Assembly: GCA_964517135.1 (NCBI GenBank)
Contig: CAZFBA010000017.1
Span: 12,605 to 76,604 of the forward strand
Reading direction: 5' to 3'
DNA from: an uncultured Gammaproteobacteria bacterium
GTDB taxonomy: Bacteria > Cyanobacteriota > Vampirovibrionia > JBFMGH01
Length of the DNA: 64,000 bases
This document shows positions 1 through 9,658 of this stretch, one piece after another (position 1 is the stretch's first letter; each line of letters begins with the position of its first letter). Both the position numbers and the translations under genes were made by a program. The notes under the pieces are model-generated. The model saw nothing but the letters and a program-made list of their open reading frames with translations, ran no database searches and was not told the origin of the DNA.

Positions 1-89
1 CCAAATTCCTTTACCTTCTTTTCAATTTTTTCTTTGAAAGGAAGTTTTTCAAGGATTTTATTCAGTATTTCTTTAATTTTTTCTTTCAT
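1..89 (-). CDS. Probable 5' part of a gene running off the window edge (MKEKIKEILNKILEKLPFKEKIEKKVKEFG...)
   Basis: ATG at 89 on the minus strand, open to position 1; Lys/Glu-rich codons; same strand as the upstream LptF-like gene. Too short to assign a function. Confidence 0.5.
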   Translation of the reverse strand, partial: MKEKIKEILNKILEKLPFKEKIEKKVKEF

Positions 90-474
90 TTTTGTCTTTT
101 TTCATACTTTAATCGATTTTTTTTTTAAATAAATCAGCTTTTAAAAGGATAATTATAAAGTTTACAGATTTTTTTAAACAATAGCTATTTTTAGAATTCT
201 AGAAGCATGACCACAAATTCTTTTTGAAGAGTGTTTTTACGTCGTTACAGAGAGTATAAATATTACTAAATAGAGGAGGTTAAGCATTTAGAATGCGTAT
301 TATCCCTATATGCAGGAGTTCAAGCTTTTTCGTCAATAATTTGCCTTATTTGCAATGTCTATTATTAAGAAATGTAAATTATCCTCTTCGGCACTGCCTG
401 CACGGATTCATAGTAAAAACAGATCCTTAATGACAATAATTCCTAACAAGGGGTTTGTATTCTGACATTAATCA

Positions 475-1566
475 TCAAAAATCTTTATATTTCAATATGA
501 TTAGCCCGATAACAATAGCTAAAAAGTTTGGCAACCAGGCAGCAATAAACGGATGAAAGGCCCCTATGTTGCCAAGAGCCATTGAAAGTGGCCAGACAAA
601 ATAATACAAAAGTATTACAAACATACCAACTGTATAACCCAGAAACCTCGATGTACGGGGCATATGAATACCCAGTATTAGACCTACAATACCCATAATG
701 ATAGATGCAAGAGGCTGAGAATATTTCTGGTGGTAGCGCACTTTAAAATAGCGGGCTTCTTCTGCGTGTTTTGAATCCATTAGGAGTTCAATATAGTTTT
801 TGACTTCCAGTATATTCATATTTTTAGGTTTTTTAAGAGATTTTTTTAGCAGAAGATAAGACTGATTGTTTGAAGGGACAAAAAGTTCAGCAAATATGTT
901 TGTACTCTGGTAAACCCCTGATTCTGTCAGCTTATAGGCTATACCATTTTTAAGTTGCCAGTTATTATTAAGCCATTCAGCCTCTTCAGCAGCAAATATT
1001 TCTTCAATGCCTTCACGGGTTTCGCTGCCTGGCTTAAAATTTATAATACGAATATTTTTAATATTCTTTCCATCAAAGGATTCTATCAATATAACCTGTT
1101 TAATAACGTCTTCTTTAGTCTTATCGACGTAAGTAAAGTGGTTACTGACAAGTTTTCCATCATATTTGAGTTTTTCCTGAGCGAGGCTTGCTTTAGGTAC
1201 GAGTGTTTCGTTTACTGTAAACCCTATTATGCTGCCAATGATGCCCAGTATAATTATAGAGCCCAGCATTCTATAAACACTGATGCCGCAGGCACGAAGG
1301 GCAGTCACTTCAGAATCCTTGCTCAGTCTATCGAAAACGAGAAGTGAACCTATTAGAATACCCATAGGGAGCGATTTTACAATTACTTCAGGAAGCTCAT
1401 ATGTTATAAAAAGAAAACCTTCAAAAGGGGTTAGCTGGCCTGCTACAACTTCTCTTATAACTTTTGGAAGTAACTCTGGCGCAATCCAGACAATAGATAC
1501 CAACCCAAGACCAAATAAAAAAGCCCATAAAACCTGAGTGAATAGATATTTATCCAGAAGTTTCAA
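475..1566 (-). CDS. LptF/LptG family LPS export ABC transporter permease
   Basis: MKLLDKYL start, 3 TM + periplasmic beta domain + 3 TM layout, motifs SKDSEVTALRACGIS and KYSQPLASI typical of YjgP/YjgQ. Confidence 0.9.
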   Translation of the reverse strand: MKLLDKYLFTQVLWAFLFGLGLVSIVWIAPELLPKVIREVVAGQLTPFEGFLFITYELPEVIVKSLPMGILIGSLLVFDRLSKDSEVTALRACGISVYRMLGSIIILGIIGSIIGFTVNETLVPKASLAQEKLKYDGKLVSNHFTYVDKTKEDVIKQVILIESFDGKNIKNIRIINFKPGSETREGIEEIFAAEEAEWLNNNWQLKNGIAYKLTESGVYQSTNIFAELFVPSNNQSYLLLKKSLKKPKNMNILEVKNYIELLMDSKHAEEARYFKVRYHQKYSQPLASIIMGIVGLILGIHMPRTSRFLGYTVGMFVILLYYFVWPLSMALGNIGAFHPFIAAWLPNFLAIVIGLIILKYKDF

Positions 1567-1581
1567 GGTTTAATACCGTTT

Positions 1582-1917
1582 CTATTCTATATCGTCATCA
1601 ATAAGTTCGTCTTCATAAGGCATATTGCTATAGACAGTTTCCAGACTTAGCTTAACATGCTGGCTTCGTTCATCAATAATGGGTGAATCTCCCCAAGAAT
1701 AAACAATACCATCTGTAGAGACCTGATAATTTTCTGTAGGGGCTGCATCAAATTTAAGTTCTACATTAATGCCAAGATTATTTATTTCACCGTCAGCAGC
1801 GTAGCAAAGGTTGATTTCGGCCAGTTCTTCGACGTCTTCTGGCTGGTCTTTGCCAAATCGCTTTTTTAAAACTTCTTTTACAGCTGATTCTTTGGATAAT
1901 TCAAACATAACTTTCAC
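1582..1917 (-). CDS. Hypothetical acidic protein, 111 aa
   Basis: Co-oriented with the LptF-like gene, 15-nt gap; no motif recognised. Confidence 0.7.
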   Translation of the reverse strand: MKVMFELSKESAVKEVLKKRFGKDQPEDVEELAEINLCYAADGEINNLGINVELKFDAAPTENYQVSTDGIVYSWGDSPIIDERSQHVKLSLETVYSNMPYEDELIDDDIE

Positions 1918-2038
1918 CAGTTTTATCGATTAATTTTATGAATAATTCAACTTTACCCTGTGAATACTTTATAATTATAGGATAAAATTTTATAAGTCAC
2001 AAAGTATTTTTAAAATAGTTTAAAAGCTGGAGCATTTT

Positions 2039-4378
2039 ATGGATAAGCTTGAAAAGTTTCTTGAATCAAACCCCTCATCGCAGGAAACCATAGAATATTG
2101 TGTAAGTCTTGTGGAAGAAGACCCGGCAAACCTTAATGCCATTATGGTTCTAGGTAATACATATGCTATGGAAGGTGATCTTGAGCAGGCTATAGATATA
2201 TACAATAAGGCTGTTCAGGTTTCTCCATTGAATGCGCAGGTTTATGTCAATCTTGGATCAGTCTATGTTATGGATGGTGACTATGAAAAGGCCATTGAAA
2301 ATTATAAAAAGGCAATGAACCTGGACCCTAAACACATATCAGCAAAGCTGAATCTAGCTAATATACTGGCTACCATAGGAAAAGAAGAAAAAGCAATTAA
2401 CCTTTATAAAGAAGTAGCCCGGATGAACCCTGATAACCCCGAGATACACACAAATCTTGGCATTACATATTCTGAAATTTACCAGTATGACAGGGCAATA
2501 GAACATTATATCAGAGCTATTGAACTGGCACCTGACGTTGCATCAAATCACGTTAATCTGGGCAGTGCTTATCTAACCTGTCGCAATTTTGATGAGGCTA
2601 TAGACAGTTATCAGAAAGCTATTCGTCTGAATCCTTATGATTATAAATCATATATCTGTATTGGAAACGCCCTTGCTGAACAGGGAAAGAAATTCGAAGC
2701 CATTGAAAGCTACAAAAAAGCCATCGCTATCGAACCCGGATATTATAAATCTTACCTTTGTCTAGGTATTATACTGAGTGAACTGGGCAAATATGATGAA
2801 TCTATTAAATATTACCAGAAAGCTATTACTGCTAACCCTTATGACAACCAGAATTACATAATGTTGGCTAATGCATATTTTGATGCAGAGATGTATGAAG
2901 AAGCCATAGAAAACTATAAAAAGTCAATAGAAATGAACCCCAAAGATGTAACAGCCTATATGTCACTTGGCAACCTTTTAAGATCAAATAACAAGCTTGA
3001 AGAATCCATTGGCTGGTATAGAAAAGCCTTAAAAATTGACCCTGAAAACAACGAACTTCTTCTTCTGTATTCTGACGCAGTTGAATCACTCAACAAAATG
3101 CAGGATCACCTGGCCTTTGCAGAACTTAATGACCCGGAAGAAGTAGATTATGACAGTCTCATAGATTCACTTGCTGATATACTCAAAGGAGATAGTGAAA
3201 CATCGGAAGAAATTAAGAAATATATACCTATAGTAAATATGTCTGAAAACAATGTGCAGGCTTATGTCTTTCAGGGAGTCAATCTGGCCCACCAAGGAGA
3301 ATTTGAACAGTCCATACAGTGCTTTGAGATTGCACTTGAACTGGAACCAGATAACTATAGCATATATTTTAACCTTGCCAATACCTGTGCAAAAATGGGC
3401 GACATAGAAAATGCACTGATTAACTATAAAAAAACCATTGAAATCAAATCTGACTATATGCCGGCATACCTTAATTATGGTAATACACTGGCAGATAACG
3501 CCCAGTTTGAAGAAGCTATTGATTATTACCGCAAAACCCTCAAACTGGATCCTCAAAATTTTATGGCTAACTTTAATATGGCTATTACACTCGAAGAAAC
3601 CGGCTACCTGAAAGAAGCTATAACCCACTACAGAAAGGCTGTAAAAGAAGAGCCCGAAGATACAGAAATTAATTTCTATTTTGCTAAAGCCCTGCTTAAA
3701 CAAAAAGACTACGACAGGGCAATAAAACACTTTAAAAAGATACTTAAGATAGATAACAACTACCCCCAGGCCAGTTATTATACAGGAGTTTGCTACTATA
3801 ACATAGGTAAATTTCCAAAAGCAGAAGAATTTCTACTGGAAGCACTTGCTATAAACCCTGAAATGCAAGAAATTCACCTGATGCTTGGCAATACATACCT
3901 TGAAGTAGGTGAATATACCAGGGCAATAGAAGAATATTCCCGCTATATTAGCACTAACCCTGAAGACACTGAAGCACTCTACAGGCTTGTCAAAGCATAT
4001 CTTGTTATAGATAACCCGTTTGAAGCAGTTAAGAACTATTACGAAGCTTTTAAGGTTGATTATGACCAGGCACTTATATTTTTCAACCTGGGCAACAAGC
4101 AATACAAGCTAAAAGAAAAAGAAGCAGCCCTTGATAATTACCTGAAAGCTATTGAGGCCCAGCCCCGCTTTGCAGGTGCATACTATAATGCAGGGGTAAT
4201 CTATCAAGAGCAAAACGCTCTCAATGAAGCAATTGAATGCTATGAAATGGCAATAACTCTTGATAAAAGTATAACAAAGGCCTATAATAATCTTGCACTG
4301 GCTTATCACAAAAAAAATGAAGCCAAAAAAGCTATGGAATACTTTGAGCTTTCAAACCTGCTTAAAGGAGGCAATTAA
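2039..4378 (+). CDS. Large tetratricopeptide repeat protein, 779 aa
   Basis: Many 34-aa TPR units (A..NLG..Y...G.Y..AI..Y.KA+.+.P) in two blocks separated by an acidic linker; SD-like GGAG upstream. Confidence 0.93.
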   Translation: MDKLEKFLESNPSSQETIEYCVSLVEEDPANLNAIMVLGNTYAMEGDLEQAIDIYNKAVQVSPLNAQVYVNLGSVYVMDGDYEKAIENYKKAMNLDPKHISAKLNLANILATIGKEEKAINLYKEVARMNPDNPEIHTNLGITYSEIYQYDRAIEHYIRAIELAPDVASNHVNLGSAYLTCRNFDEAIDSYQKAIRLNPYDYKSYICIGNALAEQGKKFEAIESYKKAIAIEPGYYKSYLCLGIILSELGKYDESIKYYQKAITANPYDNQNYIMLANAYFDAEMYEEAIENYKKSIEMNPKDVTAYMSLGNLLRSNNKLEESIGWYRKALKIDPENNELLLLYSDAVESLNKMQDHLAFAELNDPEEVDYDSLIDSLADILKGDSETSEEIKKYIPIVNMSENNVQAYVFQGVNLAHQGEFEQSIQCFEIALELEPDNYSIYFNLANTCAKMGDIENALINYKKTIEIKSDYMPAYLNYGNTLADNAQFEEAIDYYRKTLKLDPQNFMANFNMAITLEETGYLKEAITHYRKAVKEEPEDTEINFYFAKALLKQKDYDRAIKHFKKILKIDNNYPQASYYTGVCYYNIGKFPKAEEFLLEALAINPEMQEIHLMLGNTYLEVGEYTRAIEEYSRYISTNPEDTEALYRLVKAYLVIDNPFEAVKNYYEAFKVDYDQALIFFNLGNKQYKLKEKEAALDNYLKAIEAQPRFAGAYYNAGVIYQEQNALNEAIECYEMAITLDKSITKAYNNLALAYHKKNEAKKAMEYFELSNLLKGGN

Positions 4379-4380
4379 TA

Positions 4381-4806
4381 ATGACGTATGGTGGTTATTC
4401 TGAAGTACCTACGATGCCTGACAGGCTTATTAGCGCAGGATCTTATATGACAATGGGGCTGGTAGGCTTTGTATGGCTTATTGTCGTATCGCTACAAAAA
4501 GGCGTCTTAAAAACTTTCCTTAAATATCACATCTTTCAATCAATCTTTATTACCGTTCTGGTGGCAATTTTTAATATATTAATAGGTATATTTTTAAAAT
4601 ATGCTTTACTTATACCTGTTGCAGGAGATGTTGTAGCCCTAATTGTAGGCTTCTTGACCATGGTTGTATTTGGTGATATGTCTATTATTCACCTTTTATT
4701 TAGCCTTATTGTATTATATTTTGCCATTACAGCATTGCTGGGCAAATATTCATATTTCCCGTGGATATCAGATAATGTTAGACAGCTTGTAGGTAATATG
4801 CGTTAG
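4381..4806 (+). CDS. Tic20/DUF4870-like membrane protein
   Basis: Hydrophobic helices, FLKYHIFQSIF motif and C-terminal ALLGKYSYFPWIS; SD GGAGG at the end of the TPR gene. Confidence 0.7.
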   Translation: MTYGGYSEVPTMPDRLISAGSYMTMGLVGFVWLIVVSLQKGVLKTFLKYHIFQSIFITVLVAIFNILIGIFLKYALLIPVAGDVVALIVGFLTMVVFGDMSIIHLLFSLIVLYFAITALLGKYSYFPWISDNVRQLVGNMR

Positions 4807-4810
4807 CCTT

Positions 4811-5908
4811 TTAGATTCTGGCTTTTGCCTTTGCTATTTTTGAAATCCTCTCATACAGTATTGAGGCTAATTCAATGGTGGGTGAAGTTATTTCAATATT
4901 TTCAGGCAGGTATTTTTGAGCGTTTTCTTTATCCAAAACAAAAATTTCGCAGTCTTTTAGCTGACTGCCTTTAAATGTACATCCGGCAAATTTTGTTTTC
5001 TCGAAATTTACGCTTGAATTGTTAAAACTGGCTTTTAGAAAGTTGCAGTTCTTGAAAATACCGTCATTTCTGCTTAAATCTGAATTGACAAACCGGGTTT
5101 TATAGAAATTACAGTTCTCAAAGAGAGAATTTTCAATATTCAGGTCGAAAAACAGTGTATTTGCAAAGCTACAATTATAAAAATGACAATCTTTTATAGT
5201 TATAGACTTTACATTAGCACCTTCCATAAAGAGGTTTTCAAGCAGGCTATAGTTTTCAAACCGTACATCTTTAATAATAGTGTTGCTTATGCAGGCATTT
5301 TCAAGGTATGCATCGTCAAAGACAGTTTGTTTTATTATGCTTCCAGTAAAATTAGCATTATTAAGGTTGCAAAGTCTGAACTCTACATTGCTGATAATAG
5401 ATTCAACTGCCTGAATGTTCCTTAAGTCACTACCTTCATACTCTACCTGTGCCTCTTTTTCTGATATATGGGTAATAATCTTCTTGATAAAGTTTGTATG
5501 AACCAACTCAGCATTATTAAATGAGGCATCTTTAAGACTGACATTAGCCATGTTTGTATACACCAGGCTTGAAGAATTCATTTTAGCCCCTGAAAGATTG
5601 GCATTTTTAAAATTAATAAAATCAAGAACACTGTTTTCAAAGTTTACATCCTGACAGTTAGTATCGTTTAGCTTTGAATATCTGAGATCGCACGATTTAA
5701 AATCGTATTTTCTCAGGTCACGGTTACCAAGATCAAGCTGATAGGCAAAAGAAGATAATTTATAAGAGTTTTTGCTGTTATCAATCAGTATAGCCTCACC
5801 GTTAGAGAGTATACCGGCAAAGGCAGGTTCTATTCTTCTGTTGAAATCGAGAAAATTATCTTCTTGAAGCTGTGAAATAAGCTCATTATCAAGGTCAGTA
5901 AACGTCAT
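4811..5908 (-). CDS. Pentapeptide repeat protein
   Basis: Runs of A(D/N)LxxA-like pentads (DLRYSKLNDTN, ANLSGAKMN, ANFTGSII, CTFKGSQL). Confidence 0.88.
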   Translation of the reverse strand: MTFTDLDNELISQLQEDNFLDFNRRIEPAFAGILSNGEAILIDNSKNSYKLSSFAYQLDLGNRDLRKYDFKSCDLRYSKLNDTNCQDVNFENSVLDFINFKNANLSGAKMNSSSLVYTNMANVSLKDASFNNAELVHTNFIKKIITHISEKEAQVEYEGSDLRNIQAVESIISNVEFRLCNLNNANFTGSIIKQTVFDDAYLENACISNTIIKDVRFENYSLLENLFMEGANVKSITIKDCHFYNCSFANTLFFDLNIENSLFENCNFYKTRFVNSDLSRNDGIFKNCNFLKASFNNSSVNFEKTKFAGCTFKGSQLKDCEIFVLDKENAQKYLPENIEITSPTIELASILYERISKIAKAKARI

Positions 5909-5911
5909 TAG

Positions 5912-7342
5912 CTATCTTGACCCCCTTCTATCAGCCAGATTTATTTTTGAAATAGTATTTGTCTCCTGCTCAGAAACAAACAGGCTGTCATTATTGTCAA
6001 AATACAGGTAATATGGTTTGTTTAAGCCTGTTACTATGGTTGAAGTATCACCCTGTTTATCAACAAGGGCAATGCTGTTTGAAAGATAGTTAGCTACATA
6101 AAGGTTTCCGACAGGGTCGATAGCAAGGCCAATAGGGCCATTAATATCTTCAGATTTGGCAAAAACACTTTTGTGACCTGAAGGTGATATTTTATAGATA
6201 ATATTTTCTGAATAATTAGCAACATACACGTTATTATTATTATCGCTGACTATTCCAGTAGGGCCATTAAAACCTTTTGCGAAAGTCTTTACTGCGCTTC
6301 TGGCAACAGGTTTACTGCTATAGCTAACCTGACTGACCTTTTCAAGAGTACTTTTAGGACTAATTGTAAGCTTTCCACTGCTGCTGGTATCTTCGATAGA
6401 CATAAAGCTAACAGCTATTTTTTCTTCTTCTGTTTCTTTTTTCTGGTATTGATTGTTATTGGGCGTTCGTGATGAAGAGGCAGTAGAATATTTTTCCCAG
6501 AATTTATCAGTATTCTGGGTCTTGCTAGCTGTAGATACTGTTGTTGTTTCCTGTTTGGTAATAACTTCAGATTCTATTGTTTCTTCCTTTATTCTGTTAT
6601 CTTCTTTTTCAACAAATTCATTAGTAGCAAGAGCTTTGCTCATAAGCGCTCTTTCTCTTTTTGACATACTTTTAGTGTTTTCAGCAGGTTTTTTATCACT
6701 TTTGGCAGAAGCTACATTCTTGTTTTCAGTAATTTCAACAGTTAATTTATCTTCAATATTTTCTTTATCATTATTTTTTAGTGTTATATTATTTTCTGTT
6801 TTAGTTTTATCAGTAGAAATGGTTTCATTTTTAGTTATTTCTTTACGGGCAACAACTGTTGTATCTTTTGCTGAACCTGAATCTGCAACTATGTCATTGA
6901 TTTTCATTTCTTCGGTCAGTGTTTTTATTTTTAGTTGAGCATCACGATACTTATCTGATCTCTGGTTTACCAGTTTCAGGAAGCTAAGAGCTTTTTTATA
7001 GTCTTTTTTCTGAATATATATCAGTCCCAGATCATAATTGACGCTTGTATCATTGTTATTAATGCTTAATACCTTCTGAAATGCTTCTTCTGCTTTGTTA
7101 AGGTCGCCTGTATACCTGTAGATACTACCCAGGTTGTAATAGGCATCAGCAAATTCAGGATCTAGTTTGACAGCTTTTTCGAATTCTTTTATGGCATCAG
7201 TAGTGTTTCCTTTAATGTAAAGGTCAAGGGCCTTGTTATAGGCCTGTGCTGATTCTAAATTAAACCCAAAAGCCTGTGGTGTAAAGCATAATAAAATTAT
7301 TAATGATGCTAAAATAGTGGTGTTGCGTTTATTTAATATCAT
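5912..7342 (-). CDS. Exported TPR + NHL-repeat protein
   Basis: Signal peptide (AFG/F), about 3 TPRs, long S/T/K/E-rich linker, three NHL blades (FNGPTGIVSD, INGPIGLAID, LNKPYYLYFD). Confidence 0.85.
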   Translation of the reverse strand: MILNKRNTTILASLIILLCFTPQAFGFNLESAQAYNKALDLYIKGNTTDAIKEFEKAVKLDPEFADAYYNLGSIYRYTGDLNKAEEAFQKVLSINNNDTSVNYDLGLIYIQKKDYKKALSFLKLVNQRSDKYRDAQLKIKTLTEEMKINDIVADSGSAKDTTVVARKEITKNETISTDKTKTENNITLKNNDKENIEDKLTVEITENKNVASAKSDKKPAENTKSMSKRERALMSKALATNEFVEKEDNRIKEETIESEVITKQETTTVSTASKTQNTDKFWEKYSTASSSRTPNNNQYQKKETEEEKIAVSFMSIEDTSSSGKLTISPKSTLEKVSQVSYSSKPVARSAVKTFAKGFNGPTGIVSDNNNNVYVANYSENIIYKISPSGHKSVFAKSEDINGPIGLAIDPVGNLYVANYLSNSIALVDKQGDTSTIVTGLNKPYYLYFDNNDSLFVSEQETNTISKINLADRRGSR

Positions 7343-7693
7343 CCCCTGCTCCTCATTTTCAAATTTATGTTCAAACTTGAATTCAAATTTTAATGTTCTG
7401 TTGAAAAAAGTCCTAATTAGCTAATAATAGTGTAGATGCGGTATTATAATCCTGTCAAAAAAAGCGTTGTAATAAAATGCTAACGCCAAAAGGCTTTTAT
7501 GAGGGGCTTTTTGCGTGCAAGAATATTTAATTTTTCTTAATATTTTAAAAATACCAGACATCTGCTAAGAAAATTTCATTTTTAAATAAACTAAAATGCT
7601 GTTATAATTGAATATCGTGTTGAATCCGGTGTGCCCTGCGGGGGTGGTTTAGCCGGAAGCGTTCATTAACAGATAAAGGGAAAGGATCAAATC

Positions 7694-8287
7694 GTGAAAA
7701 CCTTTAAACTGCCTATAAATCAAAACCCAAGAATAGGGAGTAACCAGAAAATAACAAAAGACATGTTTTTTGACCCGGAAGGCTACAGCGCAGCAGAGCT
7801 GGATATAAAGGTAACAGTAGGCGGAACTATTGATGGCTTTGTGCTTGGCGTCTGGCGCTGGAACGAAGAAATGGACAGACCTTTTAGAGTAAACACAACC
7901 ACCCTTCTTATATTCTCTGCTGCAGGTGAATTGCAGCCTGCACCTGACGTTGTAAGATGCGGGGGTCTGGGTGAAATATTATCTTACGGAGACAAAGTCA
8001 ATATAGCAGGCTGGTTCCACGATGGCGAAGCCGATAAAGGCCGCAGATGGTACATAAATTCTGAATACGAATATATTGATAGCAATACTATAAAGCTTTT
8101 ACCTGCAGAATATAAGCTAAACCTTGTTGAGGGGCAAAGATTTCATATTTCACCCGCAGAGGTAACCTTTGTTCAGGAAATTAGAACCAATAAACGCCTG
8201 ACCTGCGTTACTCTGGAAGAAGTTAAAGGTTCTTTTGTGAAAAACATTCACAATTTTAGCATTGAGGCTTATGCAACATTTATCTAG
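7694..8287 (+). CDS. Hypothetical protein, 197 aa, overlapping the anmK start
   Basis: GTG start behind AAAGGA; long ORF with no recognised motif. Confidence 0.7.
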   Translation: MKTFKLPINQNPRIGSNQKITKDMFFDPEGYSAAELDIKVTVGGTIDGFVLGVWRWNEEMDRPFRVNTTTLLIFSAAGELQPAPDVVRCGGLGEILSYGDKVNIAGWFHDGEADKGRRWYINSEYEYIDSNTIKLLPAEYKLNLVEGQRFHISPAEVTFVQEIRTNKRLTCVTLEEVKGSFVKNIHNFSIEAYATFI

Positions 8288-9518
8288 CTTAAAGCCTGAT
8301 AGGAAACCTGAAACACAGCTGGTAATAGGCTTAATGACAGGCACTTCAATGGATGGCATTGATGCAGCATTAGTTAAGATTAATTTTGAACAAGAAAAAG
8401 ACTTTAAACTTCCGGGCATACCTGCGTTGAATGTTGAATGCCTTTCTGCTGATCTTTATCCTTTCCCTTCTGAAGTAAAAGACGTTCTAAATAAAGTGAT
8501 TACAGATGGAGATATACCTCTAAAGGATTTATGCAGCCTTAATTTTATTATTGGTGGCCTTCTGGCCGATGCAGCACTGAGCATATGCGATCAATGCAAT
8601 CTGGATATCGCTGACATATCACTAATTGGCTCGCATGGACAGACTATATACCATTTGCCTTCTGATGAAATATTTTGTGGATACCCTGTTCGCAGTACAC
8701 TGCAAATAGGAGAACCTTCTGTAATCGCACAGAAAACAGGTATAACAACAGTAGCTGATTTCAGGCCTGCCGATATTGCTGCGGGGGGACAGGGGGCGCC
8801 TCTGGTATGTTTTGCTGATGCAATCTTTTTTGCTGATACCGGAAAAACTATGCTGGTTCAAAATATCGGTGGCATATCTAACGTAACGGTTCTGGGAAGA
8901 GATAACCGTTACTTCGCTTTTGATAACGGCCCCGGCAATTCTTTAATAGATCTTCTTGTCAGGAAATACTTTGATAAAGACTATGACATAGATGGAGAAA
9001 TTGCCAGTGCAGGTCATATCGATGAACACTGGATTGATAGAATACTTGCTGATGAGCCTTATTTCAGGGTTCAACCTCCCAAATCAACCGGCAGAGAGCT
9101 TTTTAATTTAAATTTTATAGAAAAATATATCAACAATTACCCTCTAAATTCAGCTGAATGCACTATAGCAAGCGTAACAGCATTAACTGCCAGGGTAATA
9201 GCACAGTCTTACAGAGATTTTATTCTGCCATACTATTTGCCTGATGCTGTCATAATTGGCGGAGGAGGTGCATATAATCTATTTCTGCTTGACTGTCTTA
9301 ATCGTTATCTTGATAGAAGCATACCTGTTAAAACTCACGAAGATTTTGGCATATCTAATAAGTTTAAAGAAGCTATTAGCTTTGCTATTCTGGCATTTGT
9401 TTCTTACCACGGGCTGCCGGGTAATATTCCTGAATGCACAGGGGCTAACAGGCCTGTAGTTCTGGGCAAATTCATACCGGGCTGGCGCTCTCAGAACTTT
9501 AACAAGGCTTCTTTTTGA
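8271..9518 (+). CDS. anmK: Anhydro-N-acetylmuramic acid kinase
   Basis: GLMTGTSMDGIDAA, GSHGQTIYH, DFRPADIAAGGQGAPL, NIGGISN, FDNGPGN, KSTGRELF; ATG 8271 preferred over TTG 8262 (GAGG upstream). Confidence 0.96.
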   Translation: MQHLSSLKPDRKPETQLVIGLMTGTSMDGIDAALVKINFEQEKDFKLPGIPALNVECLSADLYPFPSEVKDVLNKVITDGDIPLKDLCSLNFIIGGLLADAALSICDQCNLDIADISLIGSHGQTIYHLPSDEIFCGYPVRSTLQIGEPSVIAQKTGITTVADFRPADIAAGGQGAPLVCFADAIFFADTGKTMLVQNIGGISNVTVLGRDNRYFAFDNGPGNSLIDLLVRKYFDKDYDIDGEIASAGHIDEHWIDRILADEPYFRVQPPKSTGRELFNLNFIEKYINNYPLNSAECTIASVTALTARVIAQSYRDFILPYYLPDAVIIGGGGAYNLFLLDCLNRYLDRSIPVKTHEDFGISNKFKEAISFAILAFVSYHGLPGNIPECTGANRPVVLGKFIPGWRSQNFNKASF

Positions 9519-9658
9519 CCTTTTTAACTTCCCTTTACCCTGCATATTAACTTTGTAAATTTTGAAAACGGGTAATTCTACTTCTGAAAGATATTGACAA
9601 TACTATCAGATTGATCAAATATAATGACAAAAACACAAAATAAGAAAGTAAAAGCGGC

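Noticed and set aside
293-430. 45-aa plus-strand ORF behind GAGGAGGT
   Set aside because: SD spacing is long (12 nt), orientation is opposite to both neighbours and no motif is recognisable
9594-9625. TTGACA...TATAAT as a sigma70 promoter
   Set aside because: Spacer is 20 nt, outside the usual 16-18
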